DNA of 44,425 bases, taken from the IMG/VR virus record IMGVR_UViG_3300031910_000474. One strand, given 5' to 3'. Both the position numbers and the translations under genes were made by a program. The DNA comes from a virus. Position 1 is the first letter of the stretch. The number at the start of each line of letters is the position of its first letter. The notes beneath the pieces are model-generated. The model saw nothing but the letters and a program-made list of their open reading frames with translations. It made no database searches and was not told the DNA's origin. This document shows, piece after piece, positions 14,673 through 23,828 of the stretch.

Positions 14673-17193
14673 AGAACAATTGGAAGGCGCGGGCCACGAA
14701 GAAGGAATCGAGGAAGAAGTCGAAGAGTTTCTGCCGGGCGAACTTTGCGCCGTCGACGGTGTTACCGAAGAAGATAAAGTCGATCTCGAGGAAGAAGACG
14801 ATTCGGGCCTCACGCAGGAAGAAAAAGAAGGCGTGCTCGCCGAACTCTGCAACGCCGCAACGCAGCGCGATCTCACTTCCTATCGCCTTGAAGTCCGCGA
14901 CGCTTGGAAAGCGCGGTATTTCTGGCGTGGTAATCAGTTCCTCTTGCCTGGAAGAAATGGTGCGTGGGTTCTTCCGCAATTGATTCTCGTCGGCGGCCAA
15001 TCTTACGACGACCACAATTCGGAAACGAATATTTATCTGGCGTTCGGCGACACGATCATCGCCTCGCTGACCGCAGGCACGCCGAGCGTCCGGTTCGAGC
15101 CGGACGACCCGACGAATCCCGCCGACGTCAGCGCCGCCGAGAATTCCGAGGGAGCTCGGCGGCTGATTGAACGTGCGAATAACATGATCGTCGCGCAAGA
15201 GGATCTTTGCCGTTTTCTGTGGACGGATTCGCGCTGCATCACGCTTACGAAGTACGTGCTCGACGCCCAGCGGTTCGGCTATGAGCAGCGCAGCGAACTC
15301 GAGGATGAGCTCGGCTATCTGCCAGAAGAAGGCGAAAAGGTCGGCGAAGAATCCGGCGAGGAAGAAATCACCATCGGACGCGGCACGCCTCGCGGTCAGG
15401 AAATCGTTGAAAACTTCGGCGCACTCGAGTCGAAGATTCCCATGCAGGCGAGTTCGATCGACGAATGCGATTACGTGCAGATCGCGAAAGAACGCGACAT
15501 CACGCGCATGAAAACGAAGTACCCGAAGAAGGCGAAGGATCTGCAGCCCATGCAGACGCCGACCGCGAACACCGAATATATGCGGCTGGCGCGTACTTCG
15601 ATCATGACCGGAATGCGTCCGTCGAACATGACGAACGACGCGATGACGTACAACTGCACCGAGCAATGGATGTGGTTCCGTCCGAGTTTTTATCCCGAGT
15701 GTAAGGACGAAACGAAACGCGAATGGCTGTACGACACGTTTCCGACGGGCTGCTACGTTGCAATGGTCGGCAAAACAGTCGTCGAAGCGCGCCGCGAGCA
15801 GATCGACGATCACATCACGCTGACGCACTGCCGCCCCGGCGACGGTTCGCATCGGCCGGCGCTCGGTTCGCCGCTGATCCCGATTCAGGAAAAACTGAAC
15901 GACTGCATGGACTACATGCACGACGCCTACATGCACCTCGTGCCGCTCAAATGGGTTGACTCGGAAGCGGTCGATAAAGAGGCGCTCGAGGAACTGCAGA
16001 CAAAGCCGAATCAGTATGTCGTCATGAAGCGGCGGCCAGATAAGGACATGGCATCGAACATTTTCGTCGAGCCGCAGATCCAAATTGCCGAGGGCCTCAT
16101 GCTGTATATTCAGCAACTCTTCGGCGAGATCCCGCAATTTCTCTGCGGCGCGTTTCCGGCGTTGTTTGGCGGTGATACAGGGGCGAACGATACGGCCAAG
16201 GGCATCGCGGGCCAGCGCGATCAGGCTCTTGGCCGTGTCGGGCTGACGTGGCGAAACCTGAAAGCGAGTTATGCGCGGATCGTGCGGCAGGCCGTCGCCG
16301 CCGCCGCGAAATTCCGCAATTCGCCGATGTCCGGCGAAATGCCGGGCGCGGGCGGCGCAAAGGAAATCATCAACGTCGACCCGAACGACCTGAAAGGGAA
16401 CGTGCGGTGCTATCCCGACACGGATGAAAACTTTCCCGAGTCATGGGTTGCGCAGCGCGGAATTTGGCAGGGCCTCATGGCCGCAGCGGCGGCGAATCCG
16501 ATTCTCGCGCAGGTGCTGCAGGTTCCGCGCAACCTCGCGATCGCAAAGGATAAAGTCGGCCTGCCCGAGCTCGTCATTCCGGCGGCAGCAGCCGCAGCAA
16601 AGCAGCAGGCCGAAATCATGGTGCTGCTCGAGGGCGCGCCCGTGCCGAACCCGGCGCTCGAGCAGGCAAAGCAGGCTGTGCAGTCATTGAACCCGCCGCC
16701 TGGAACGCCGCCCGAGCAGATCCTCATGGCGCAGCAGAAAATGGCGCAGGCGATCACGCAGATTCCGCCGCTTGTGAGTTCCGTGCCGATCGACGAGGAA
16801 CTCGACGACCATCAGAACGAAATGGGCGAGATCCTGACGTTCGCGAATTCGCCGAAGGGGATCAAGGCGCGTGTCGAGAAGAAGGACGGATTTTTGAACT
16901 TGCGGCTGCATTATGACGAGCACAAACGTGCGCTGGCCGCCAAGATCGCGCAGCAGCAGGGGCAGGGCAGTCAGTTCAAACCCGTTTCGGATTCGGTCAG
17001 CGTGAGTTTCAAGGATCTGCCGCCCGAAGGGCAGGCACAGGTCGCGGCAAAGATGGGGATCCAATTGAACCCGCAGAATCTCATGGCCGAGGATCAACTC
17101 GAAAAGGCGCACGACATCAAGGCGCTCGCGACGACTCCGAAAATTCCGCCCGGCGGTGATCAGGCACCCGGGCAGAAACCGCCCGTGATGTAA
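14662..17193 (+). CDS. Putative portal protein (843 aa)
   Basis: Large ORF downstream of the terminase and directly upstream of the scaffold-like and capsid genes. Acidic N-terminus. The call rests on synteny and size only. Confidence 0.55.
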   Translation: MADEEQLEGAGHEEGIEEEVEEFLPGELCAVDGVTEEDKVDLEEEDDSGLTQEEKEGVLAELCNAATQRDLTSYRLEVRDAWKARYFWRGNQFLLPGRNGAWVLPQLILVGGQSYDDHNSETNIYLAFGDTIIASLTAGTPSVRFEPDDPTNPADVSAAENSEGARRLIERANNMIVAQEDLCRFLWTDSRCITLTKYVLDAQRFGYEQRSELEDELGYLPEEGEKVGEESGEEEITIGRGTPRGQEIVENFGALESKIPMQASSIDECDYVQIAKERDITRMKTKYPKKAKDLQPMQTPTANTEYMRLARTSIMTGMRPSNMTNDAMTYNCTEQWMWFRPSFYPECKDETKREWLYDTFPTGCYVAMVGKTVVEARREQIDDHITLTHCRPGDGSHRPALGSPLIPIQEKLNDCMDYMHDAYMHLVPLKWVDSEAVDKEALEELQTKPNQYVVMKRRPDKDMASNIFVEPQIQIAEGLMLYIQQLFGEIPQFLCGAFPALFGGDTGANDTAKGIAGQRDQALGRVGLTWRNLKASYARIVRQAVAAAAKFRNSPMSGEMPGAGGAKEIINVDPNDLKGNVRCYPDTDENFPESWVAQRGIWQGLMAAAAANPILAQVLQVPRNLAIAKDKVGLPELVIPAAAAAAKQQAEIMVLLEGAPVPNPALEQAKQAVQSLNPPPGTPPEQILMAQQKMAQAITQIPPLVSSVPIDEELDDHQNEMGEILTFANSPKGIKARVEKKDGFLNLRLHYDEHKRALAAKIAQQQGQGSQFKPVSDSVSVSFKDLPPEGQAQVAAKMGIQLNPQNLMAEDQLEKAHDIKALATTPKIPPGGDQAPGQKPPVM

Positions 17194-17210
17194 AAATCAG
17201 GAGGAAAAAA

Positions 17211-18491
17211 ATGGAAGGCGAGGATCTCGGCTTAATCGAGGATTCAGGCGTAGCCGACTTAGGAGGAGAAGAATCAGGTGGCGAAGAAACCCCAATCGAA
17301 GGAGAAACGGAAACCGAAACGCCCGAAGACGGCAGTACCCCTTCGGGAACCGAGATTACCGGGGAGTCCGAAGAAGGCGAAGGCGAACGATCAGGGCGAG
17401 CTTTACCCCAGCAAGTAAGGCTCGCGCTTCGGGAATTCGCGCAGAACAATCCAGAGTTCGCGAAGAAGTTTCCGCGACTCGAACGGCAACTGACCGATGC
17501 GATGTTTAAGACGGCGCAGTTGTCGAAACTTGGCGGCCTCGCGGCGCTCAGGGAAGCACACGAAGCGATCGAGGCGCACGGCGGTGCCGAGGGCCTGCGC
17601 GAGCTCGCCGAAACCGCGCAGGCGTCCCGTGTGCTCGAGGAAGGTATGAACACGGGCGATCCCGTGCTCGCGAACACGTGGGCCGAAACCGCGCCCGAGG
17701 GGTTCAAATCCTTCGGGCGTCCGTATCTCGAGAAACTCGAGCAGCTGGATCTCGCGGCGCACGACTGGAACGTCGCGCCCGATATGGTGAAGACGCTCAC
17801 ACGCACGGGCGTTTACGACAGCATGGCGGAACTTGAAACCGCGATCGCCGGCGAACGCTTAGCCGATGTACAGTCCACGTTCCAGAAACTCAAAAAATAT
17901 TTTCTCGACTTGCGTCATTTCGGCAACGCCACGAAAGGCCCGGACCCGCTCAAGGCCGAGCGCGAAAGGTTCGACGCCGAACGGCAGGAATTCGCGACCG
18001 AGCAGCGGAAAACTTTTTATGGCGGCGTGCGCAGTGAAGTGAACACGCAGGTGATGGGATTCACGAACCGCCTGCTGCGTCAGGAACTGCACGGACGGAC
18101 GATCCGCCTAGAAACCGCGAACCGCCTGCGGAAACAGATTAACGAGGATCTCGCCGCTGCGGTGAATAACGCCGACGGCTACGCCGACCGTTACAAAGCG
18201 GTGATGGGGCAGAACGACCACGCCAAGTCGGTGCAGTTCATCGTCGCCGCAGCAAAAGCGAAATTGCCGATGGTCGTGAAACGCGTGCTGCGGGATTTCA
18301 ATCTTGCCGGAACGGCCCCCGCTGGTGTCCGGCGAGCGGCACCCGGCGCTGGCAGACAGGGGACGTCTGTCAGCGTCGGACGTCCAAAAACGGAAGACGT
18401 CGACTTCACTCGCACGGAAAAATCCAATTGGCTGACGATGCGGAACCACGGAGAGGCATGGTTGAAAAATGGAAAAAAAGCCAAGTGGTAG
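17211..18491 (+). CDS. Putative scaffolding protein (426 aa)
   Basis: AGGAGG RBS. Very acidic E/G/T-rich N-terminus followed by a long helical region. Lies between the portal and the capsid gene. Confidence 0.5.
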   Translation: MEGEDLGLIEDSGVADLGGEESGGEETPIEGETETETPEDGSTPSGTEITGESEEGEGERSGRALPQQVRLALREFAQNNPEFAKKFPRLERQLTDAMFKTAQLSKLGGLAALREAHEAIEAHGGAEGLRELAETAQASRVLEEGMNTGDPVLANTWAETAPEGFKSFGRPYLEKLEQLDLAAHDWNVAPDMVKTLTRTGVYDSMAELETAIAGERLADVQSTFQKLKKYFLDLRHFGNATKGPDPLKAERERFDAERQEFATEQRKTFYGGVRSEVNTQVMGFTNRLLRQELHGRTIRLETANRLRKQINEDLAAAVNNADGYADRYKAVMGQNDHAKSVQFIVAAAKAKLPMVVKRVLRDFNLAGTAPAGVRRAAPGAGRQGTSVSVGRPKTEDVDFTRTEKSNWLTMRNHGEAWLKNGKKAKW

Positions 18492-18738
18492 ATTCATGCG
18501 AAAGCATGTCGAGCATCACGAGCCGCCGACGCTCATGCCCGCACCGCCGCCCGAGCCTGCGCCTGAAACGCTCGAACCCGAACCCGTGGCCGCTCCGCAG
18601 TCAGGAATGATGAAAGCGCCCGCAGGCTACAAGATTTACTCACTGCCCATCGCCGTGGCCGTCGCGCCGAACGGTCATAAACTCTACACTTCGAACGGTC
18701 AAGATTGGTTCGACGAATCTGCTTATTACGCGAGGTGA
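18469..18738 (+). CDS. Pro-rich small protein, paralog of 19469..19648
   Basis: Shared C-terminal block GY.(I/T)Y...P..H..(L/I)Y(T/S)(S)N(D)GQ.W(F/V)DE. An alternative start is ATG 18496. Confidence 0.5.
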   Translation: MEKKPSGRFMRKHVEHHEPPTLMPAPPPEPAPETLEPEPVAAPQSGMMKAPAGYKIYSLPIAVAVAPNGHKLYTSNGQDWFDESAYYAR

Positions 18739-18740
18739 CT

Positions 18741-18854
18741 ATGATTCCTGATCATTTCATGCCGCTGCAATGTGTCATTCTTCTTCTGTACGCATTCTTA
18801 GCCGGAGTCGGCTGGAACTTTGGAAACTGGGTTGCGACGAAAATCCACAAGTAA
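18741..18854 (+). CDS. Small membrane peptide (37 aa; below the track cutoff)
   Basis: Hand translation MIPDHFMPLQCVILLLYAFLAGVGWNFGNWVATKIHK, preceded by GAGGTG. Confidence 0.35.
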   Translation: MIPDHFMPLQCVILLLYAFLAGVGWNFGNWVATKIHK

Positions 18855-18873
18855 GCCGGAAGGGAAAAAGAAA

Positions 18874-19116
18874 ATGACCATACCCGTGCAAACTGACAGC
18901 GTTGCTTCCCTGCTCGAGCAGATTCTGGCGGTCGACAAACAAATCCTCGACGCGCTGAACGCGACAAACATGCTGCTGACGAAGGCGAACACGATCGCGC
19001 AGGAAACGCTCGATTCGTCGAAACGCATCGAGGTGCTGCTCGGCGGCGGCGAGGAAGTTTCCGTGCCTACGATGATGAAAGTCGTCTATAAGCACGTACT
19101 CTCACAGAAAAAATAG
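18874..19116 (+). CDS. Hypothetical helical protein (80 aa)
   Basis: Internal ATG 18874 after GGAAGGGAAAAAG. Confidence 0.5.
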   Translation: MTIPVQTDSVASLLEQILAVDKQILDALNATNMLLTKANTIAQETLDSSKRIEVLLGGGEEVSVPTMMKVVYKHVLSQKK

Positions 19117-19127
19117 AGGAGCAACCA

Positions 19128-19472
19128 ATGGCAACCAATCAAGTGACAGTGCCCGTCGGGCCGAATACCGCGACGGTCACAGTTCAGGATTCAACCGGAG
19201 CGGACATCACGGGATCCTGCAGTATCGCCGCCGTGTCGTCCGACCCGACCACGATACAGATCGGATCGCCCGACGCGACCACGCCGAACGTGATCCCGTT
19301 CACTGCGGCTAATCCGGGCACGCAGGGAACCACGATCACCTATACGGCAACGAACGCCGCCGGGCAGGTCGTGCAGACTGATACCGTCGACGTGATGGTT
19401 ACGGCACCCGTGGCCATGACGATCGTTTACGGCACGACCATTCCGAACGTGATCAATCCGCTGAAAAAATGA
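19128..19472 (+). CDS. Bacterial Ig-like (Big_2-like) domain protein, possible capsid decoration
   Basis: AGGAGC RBS. All-beta T/V/A-rich 114 aa with the ...ITYTATNAAGQ...V.V pattern. Lies just upstream of the capsid gene. Confidence 0.5.
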   Translation: MATNQVTVPVGPNTATVTVQDSTGADITGSCSIAAVSSDPTTIQIGSPDATTPNVIPFTAANPGTQGTTITYTATNAAGQVVQTDTVDVMVTAPVAMTIVYGTTIPNVINPLKK

Positions 19473-19648
19473 GCACGAAGCCGACCGCGCAGCCGCCGAC
19501 GCCGACACCGCCGCCCGGGTACGTCACGTATGCTTACTTCGCGTTTAATCCGAAGACGCATCACGTGATCTATTCGAATGACGGGCAGGCGTGGGTTGAC
19601 GAGGCGGGCAATCCCGTTCCCGCCACAGGCGCGAAAGAAAAGAAATAG
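19469..19648 (+). CDS. Pro-rich small protein (59 aa; below the track cutoff), paralog of 18469..18738
   Basis: Hand translation MSTKPTAQPPTPTPPPGYVTYAYFAFNPKTHHVIYSNDGQAWVDEAGNPVPATGAKEKK. ATGA overlap with the upstream stop. Confidence 0.5.
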   Translation: MSTKPTAQPPTPTPPPGYVTYAYFAFNPKTHHVIYSNDGQAWVDEAGNPVPATGAKEKK

Positions 19649-19853
19649 AGTTTTGCGTTCCCGGTCAATCCGATCGTGTCCCGAGTCACGTAAAACGGAA
19701 AACTCGGACCCGAGCAACGCAATGCAGCAAGTGTGACCAAAAACCCTTTTGGGTTACGGTTACATCACTGTCGTTCCACACTCAGCAGACCGATGCTGGC
19801 CGACTCAGGCGGCGAAACCGAAAACGACAAGTCCACAATGGAGCAGCCCAAGA

Positions 19854-21182
19854 ATGGCCGCTCTTAATGAAGCCGCAGTGCAAGCGGTCGAACTCGAAAC
19901 AGTACGGGAAGAAATTCCCGATTTGATGCTGACCGAGGACACGCTATACGCCCGGCTTAAAAAGGCGGGCCGCGTTCTGCCGATGTCGACTTCGACAGGC
20001 GGATCAAGCGGTTCGACTTACGATCCGACGGGCCGACCGTCGCTGCGCATTCCGATGCGCATCGCGGCAGGCTCAACGCACCAGCAATTCAGCGCAGACG
20101 GCGGCGACATGGGCCGTGGCACGGGAAGTTTCTATGCCGCGCAGTTCATTACGCCGATCAGTTTCTCCGAGGCGTGTGAGATCACCGCTCAGGCTCTGTG
20201 GTCTACTGAAACGGGCAAGAAATCACGCGTCCAGGTGAAGGCTTCCGAGTTCACGCATACTTTGGAGCAGTTCAAATCCAATTTAGACGCGGACCTGCAG
20301 GGCGACGGCAGCGGAACGCTCGCGACCGTCACGACTGCAAACTCGGGCACTGGATCTGCCGGACCTTCTTTTTCAAATATCATCTGCAGCAACGCAAACC
20401 AGTTTTACGACAATCAAGTCGTGCAAGTGTTTCCTTCGGTCGGCGGCGTAAGCCGCGGATCGTTCCAGATTTCCTACGTCGACGGCGTAGTGAATACGAT
20501 CTGGAGTGCGCAGGCTCTGCCTGCCGGAACCACGGCAAACGATTTGCTCGTCGTGAACGGCGCGCCGGGATCCGCTTCTTCTTCGCTGATGGGAGTCAAA
20601 GCCTATCAGGTGAACGGGAACTCGGGAACGCTGAACGGCCTCGCCCGTTCGAACTTCCCGGGGCGGCTTTCGACGCCCACGGTCAACTTGTCGGGCGCGG
20701 CGATCACCGTACCAATTGGCCGCCTCGTCGTCAGTAAGATCGCGCTCGCGCTCGGCAATGAATCGCCGGCGCTGGCCGATCTGATCTGGTATCTCAACGT
20801 TGATCAGGCTGCCGCGATCGAAAACCTCGCGATCCAAGTCGCGATCACAAATCAGCAGGAAATCAAAGGCGATTCTTCGCAGGACATGCTGAAAAAGTTC
20901 ACCCCTGCGACCTTCGTCGGTTACGACCTAGTGAAATCCGTGCACGCCACGCCGGGCCGTGTCGACGCCCTTTGCCTGAAATACTGGGGTATGGGCGAGC
21001 TCAAGGCGTCGGATCTTTACGACGTCAACGGGCAAACCGTTTTCCCGACCATTGGTGCCAGTGGCGGCATCAACGCGTCGACGGTGTTTTATTTCGTGAC
21101 ATCGTTCAACGTGTTCAACTCCAACGTGCGCGCTGGCGCTTTCATTCAGAACGCACAGATCCCCACGGGGTATTTCAGCTAG
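19854..21182 (+). CDS. Putative major capsid protein (442 aa)
   Basis: Internal ATG 19854 (MAALNEAAVQ). Preceded by a 200-bp structured spacer and followed by a strong hairpin. Size and position fit a capsid protein. Confidence 0.6.
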   Translation: MAALNEAAVQAVELETVREEIPDLMLTEDTLYARLKKAGRVLPMSTSTGGSSGSTYDPTGRPSLRIPMRIAAGSTHQQFSADGGDMGRGTGSFYAAQFITPISFSEACEITAQALWSTETGKKSRVQVKASEFTHTLEQFKSNLDADLQGDGSGTLATVTTANSGTGSAGPSFSNIICSNANQFYDNQVVQVFPSVGGVSRGSFQISYVDGVVNTIWSAQALPAGTTANDLLVVNGAPGSASSSLMGVKAYQVNGNSGTLNGLARSNFPGRLSTPTVNLSGAAITVPIGRLVVSKIALALGNESPALADLIWYLNVDQAAAIENLAIQVAITNQQEIKGDSSQDMLKKFTPATFVGYDLVKSVHATPGRVDALCLKYWGMGELKASDLYDVNGQTVFPTIGASGGINASTVFYFVTSFNVFNSNVRAGAFIQNAQIPTGYFS

Positions 21183-21224
21183 TCTTTTCTGTGATACCCT
21201 TCGGGCTGTCCATAGGAACCAACC

Positions 21225-21262
21225 GGATCCGCCGGGGTACGGGGCATGTCCTCGGCGGATCC
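21225..21262 (+). terminator. Stem-loop downstream of the capsid gene (10-bp stem, no U-tract)
   Basis: GGATCCGCCG (21225-21234) pairs with CGGCGGATCC (21253-21262); 18-nt loop. Confidence 0.4.
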
Positions 21263-21278
21263 AAAATCAGGAGCTCCC

Positions 21279-21560
21279 ATGAACTACGAGGAAATCGTTC
21301 CGCCCGCGTCGCCGGAATCCGAACCCGGTATGCCGATGTACGACAAAACACTCGCGCAGATGAAAACCGAGGCAGCGACGCTCGGCATCGCCGGGAGTCC
21401 CGTTTACCCGACCGTGACCGAACTGCTCGAAATGAAAAAAGCCAACCTCGAACACGAACTCGAGCTCGTGAACAAGGCGCTCGAGCAACGCGAGAAAAAC
21501 AAAGGCGCGATGGATCTGATCGACGCGATCAGCAAGACGCGCGTGAGTTCGCGCCTGTGA
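21279..21560 (+). CDS. Hypothetical protein (93 aa)
   Basis: ATG 21279 after AGGAG. Confidence 0.5.
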   Translation: MNYEEIVPPASPESEPGMPMYDKTLAQMKTEAATLGIAGSPVYPTVTELLEMKKANLEHELELVNKALEQREKNKGAMDLIDAISKTRVSSRL

Positions 21561-21826
21561 TCTCGCGGCGCGGTTTTCTCGTGCAGGGCACGCTCGGCGT
21601 GCCGCTGTTCGCTTTGAGTGACGGCAATTTTTCCCGCGAAGCCAAGATCGAACCCGGGCAATACTATCTCCTGTTTTATGACGCCGAGGTGCTCGACGGC
21701 GAAGACGTCGCACGCCGGGAATTCCCGACGTTCATGAAGGACACGGTGATCGAACTCGTGCCGCTGAAACTTCACGGACGTCCGATCGAGGAAGCGATCA
21801 AACTTTATAAGGTCGAACATGCTTGA
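21557..21826 (+). CDS. Small protein with a twin-arginine (Tat)-like N-terminus (89 aa)
   Basis: GTG 21557 in a GTGA overlap. (M)ISRRGFLVQGTLGVPLFALS matches S-R-R-x-F-L plus an h-region. Only the last 89 codons of track ORF 20972..21826 look coding. Confidence 0.5.
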   Translation: MISRRGFLVQGTLGVPLFALSDGNFSREAKIEPGQYYLLFYDAEVLDGEDVARREFPTFMKDTVIELVPLKLHGRPIEEAIKLYKVEHA

Positions 21827-22172
21827 TCTCGAACCGCTTGGCGATCGCGTGATCGTGAAACGAATCGACGAAGATTCTGAAATGCAATTCGGCCTGCACG
21901 TTCCCGAAATTGCGCAGGTAAAATCCTGCAAGGGACGCGTCATGGCCGTCGGAGAAGGACGGATCATCGGCGATCGAATCGTGCCGCTAAATGTCAACGT
22001 CGGGGATGTGGTGCTGTTCTCGAAGTACGGCGCGACGGAAATAAACCTCGACGGCGAGGAATATCTGATGCTGCGCTACGACGAACTTCATCTGCGGCAG
22101 AAACTTATCGCGGTGGAAACGAATCCGCTCGAAAAGTTTGATTACTTAAAATTCAAAGGTTCCAGCGGATGA
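21819..22172 (+). CDS. groES: GroES/Cpn10 co-chaperonin homolog
   Basis: LEPLGDRVIVKR...G...P..A......G.V.AVGEGRI......PL.V.VGDVVLFSKYG.TEI.LDGEEYL aligns along the whole length of E. coli GroES. It has a C-terminal extension of about 20 aa. Confidence 0.9.
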   Translation: MLDLEPLGDRVIVKRIDEDSEMQFGLHVPEIAQVKSCKGRVMAVGEGRIIGDRIVPLNVNVGDVVLFSKYGATEINLDGEEYLMLRYDELHLRQKLIAVETNPLEKFDYLKFKGSSG

Positions 22173-22861
22173 GTTGGACGATTCCAGGCATGGAGCGCCG
22201 CGAAACGCCGCGCGAGTTTCAGGCGCATGTAAACGCGATCGGCGGCATGAACCGATACGGCGAGCCGAACTTCCGCCTCGTGTGGGGGCAGAACGAAACC
22301 ATGCTGGTGTATGGCGTCGACGCGAACGGAAAGAAGGGGCAGCATGTCGTTCTGAAGCATGGCGGCGTTCCTGCGTGGTTCATCGATTGCTGGAAGCCGC
22401 CAGAATGCTACGGATCGCCCGAGCAGTGGTACGCGCTCACGTGGGACCTCGAAGCGGACGCCCCGGGAATAGGTCCTTATCCCGAGCGCGGCCTGTACGA
22501 AGCCGCGCCGTTCAATCTGTTCGCGAGGCGCTTCGAAGGCGATCGCATGATCATTGACGCGATGCCGCTCGCGCACTGGGTGATCGATCTGCTGATCCCG
22601 AACCTCATGAAGGACCTGGACACGACGTATGAGCAACGAAAAAACGCCGTCAGAAACCGCCTGCTCGCCGAAAAAGAACGGGCGGCTCGAATTGCTTTCG
22701 ATGCTTATCTTGGCGCAAGCGTGGCTTTTGGCAACCGAGCCGGAACTCATGAATCGAACCGCGAACGCTGGATGCAGCGACTGCACGAGAAGCAAAAAGG
22801 AATGAAGATCAGCCGCGATCAAATCGTCGCCCGCATGGGCCTCGGCCATCGTCAGAGATAA
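22169..22861 (+). CDS. Hypothetical protein (230 aa)
   Basis: ATGA-coupled to groES. Lies in the morphogenesis region. Confidence 0.55.
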   Translation: MSWTIPGMERRETPREFQAHVNAIGGMNRYGEPNFRLVWGQNETMLVYGVDANGKKGQHVVLKHGGVPAWFIDCWKPPECYGSPEQWYALTWDLEADAPGIGPYPERGLYEAAPFNLFARRFEGDRMIIDAMPLAHWVIDLLIPNLMKDLDTTYEQRKNAVRNRLLAEKERAARIAFDAYLGASVAFGNRAGTHESNRERWMQRLHEKQKGMKISRDQIVARMGLGHRQR

Positions 22862-22896
22862 GAAATTCATCCAACACTGAACGGATGATTGAGCGT

Positions 22897-22929
22897 GGGG
22901 GATCGCTCGATAATCTCTCCCCCGTTTTC
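22897..22929 (+). terminator. Weak terminator-like hairpin
   Basis: GGGGGA (22897-22902) pairs with TCCCCC (22918-22923), followed by GTTTTC. Confidence 0.3.
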
Positions 22930-22946
22930 AAATCAGGGAGGAACTA

Positions 22947-23711
22947 ATGCCGCACGACACGCCAGTCGCATTGAGAGAAAAACGCGAAAGAGAAGAGGCA
23001 TTGAACGGCGTACTCGTTTACACGCCCGATAACGCGGCATTATCGCCGGATCCGCCTTACAAGGTTTACATCTGGAACCTCGGGCCCGTGCGTCACGAGG
23101 TGCCGAAAGGTTCGCTCGGCGTGTTCGTCATTCCGGCCTGCGGCGACGACGGGGAGCTCGGCGCGCCGCTCGTGCTGCCTTCCGTCGTGCGTGACAGTTA
23201 CTTCGTCGAACAGGAAATGAAGACGCATTCGGTCAGCGGCGAGTACACCGCGCAGGACATCGTTCACCCGATGACCGCTGGCGGGAAAACGTGGTGGAGT
23301 TTCGGCTCGAACCTCGACGATCTCGGCGTGTTCTGGACAAAGAACAATCCGCCGAGTGATCAGGAACTCATGGCCGCGCGGACGAAAATGGAAGCGACGT
23401 ACCGCAGACTTTTGAACATGGCGGCCAGTATCGAAGCCGCCGGACGGCTCGACGATATTACGCCGCTTATGCGCATCGCGGCGTCCTATTTCGGCGAGGA
23501 TCGCGCATGGAATCGGATCTACAAAAAGACGCTCGAGTGCCCGGGCTGCGGCGAGCCTGCGAAAGCCGGGATCGTCAGACACCCCTGCGGGTTCGTTTTC
23601 GATCCCGACAAGGCGCTTTTGAACGGCATGATCTCGGAAGCGGCATACCGCGAGATCGTCAAGGCACGGCAGCCCGAACCTACAAAACCGACAAAACCCC
23701 CGAAACGCTAA
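22947..23711 (+). CDS. Hypothetical virion-module protein with a C-terminal zinc-ribbon-like CPGCG...HPCG (254 aa)
   Basis: GGGAGG RBS and an ATG start. Confidence 0.55.
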   Translation: MPHDTPVALREKREREEALNGVLVYTPDNAALSPDPPYKVYIWNLGPVRHEVPKGSLGVFVIPACGDDGELGAPLVLPSVVRDSYFVEQEMKTHSVSGEYTAQDIVHPMTAGGKTWWSFGSNLDDLGVFWTKNNPPSDQELMAARTKMEATYRRLLNMAASIEAAGRLDDITPLMRIAASYFGEDRAWNRIYKKTLECPGCGEPAKAGIVRHPCGFVFDPDKALLNGMISEAAYREIVKARQPEPTKPTKPPKR

Positions 23712-23828
23712 ACGATCTTCGGGGGGCGGCAGTCTGCCTTCTGAGCACCTGATCTCAGTAAGACGGCTGGATCCATGCTCACGACACGTGGATCTCTCCC
23801 GCTCCCCGTCGCATTTTCGGAGTCATTC

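Noticed and set aside
14647-16137. Very long antisense ORFs. Examples are 14647..16137 (496 aa), 33870..35723 (617 aa), 27782..28828 (348 aa), 35739..36644, 36774..37766, 10710..11384 and 43462..44187.
   Set aside because: They lie opposite genes that have strong motifs or G/C-ending codon bias. Their translations are R/A/G-rich low-complexity text. Strong G/C-ending codon bias depletes stop codons on the antisense frame, so such ORFs are expected by chance.
19649-19853. A tRNA or small RNA gene in the longest intergenic spacers (19649-19853, 1859-1986, 24621-24917).
   Set aside because: Local hairpins are present (for example CCGAGT-N15-ACTCGG and TTGCGTT...AACGCAA in 19649-19853). I could not fold a cloverleaf with acceptor, T and anticodon arms by eye. 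These regions are treated as regulatory or structured leaders only.
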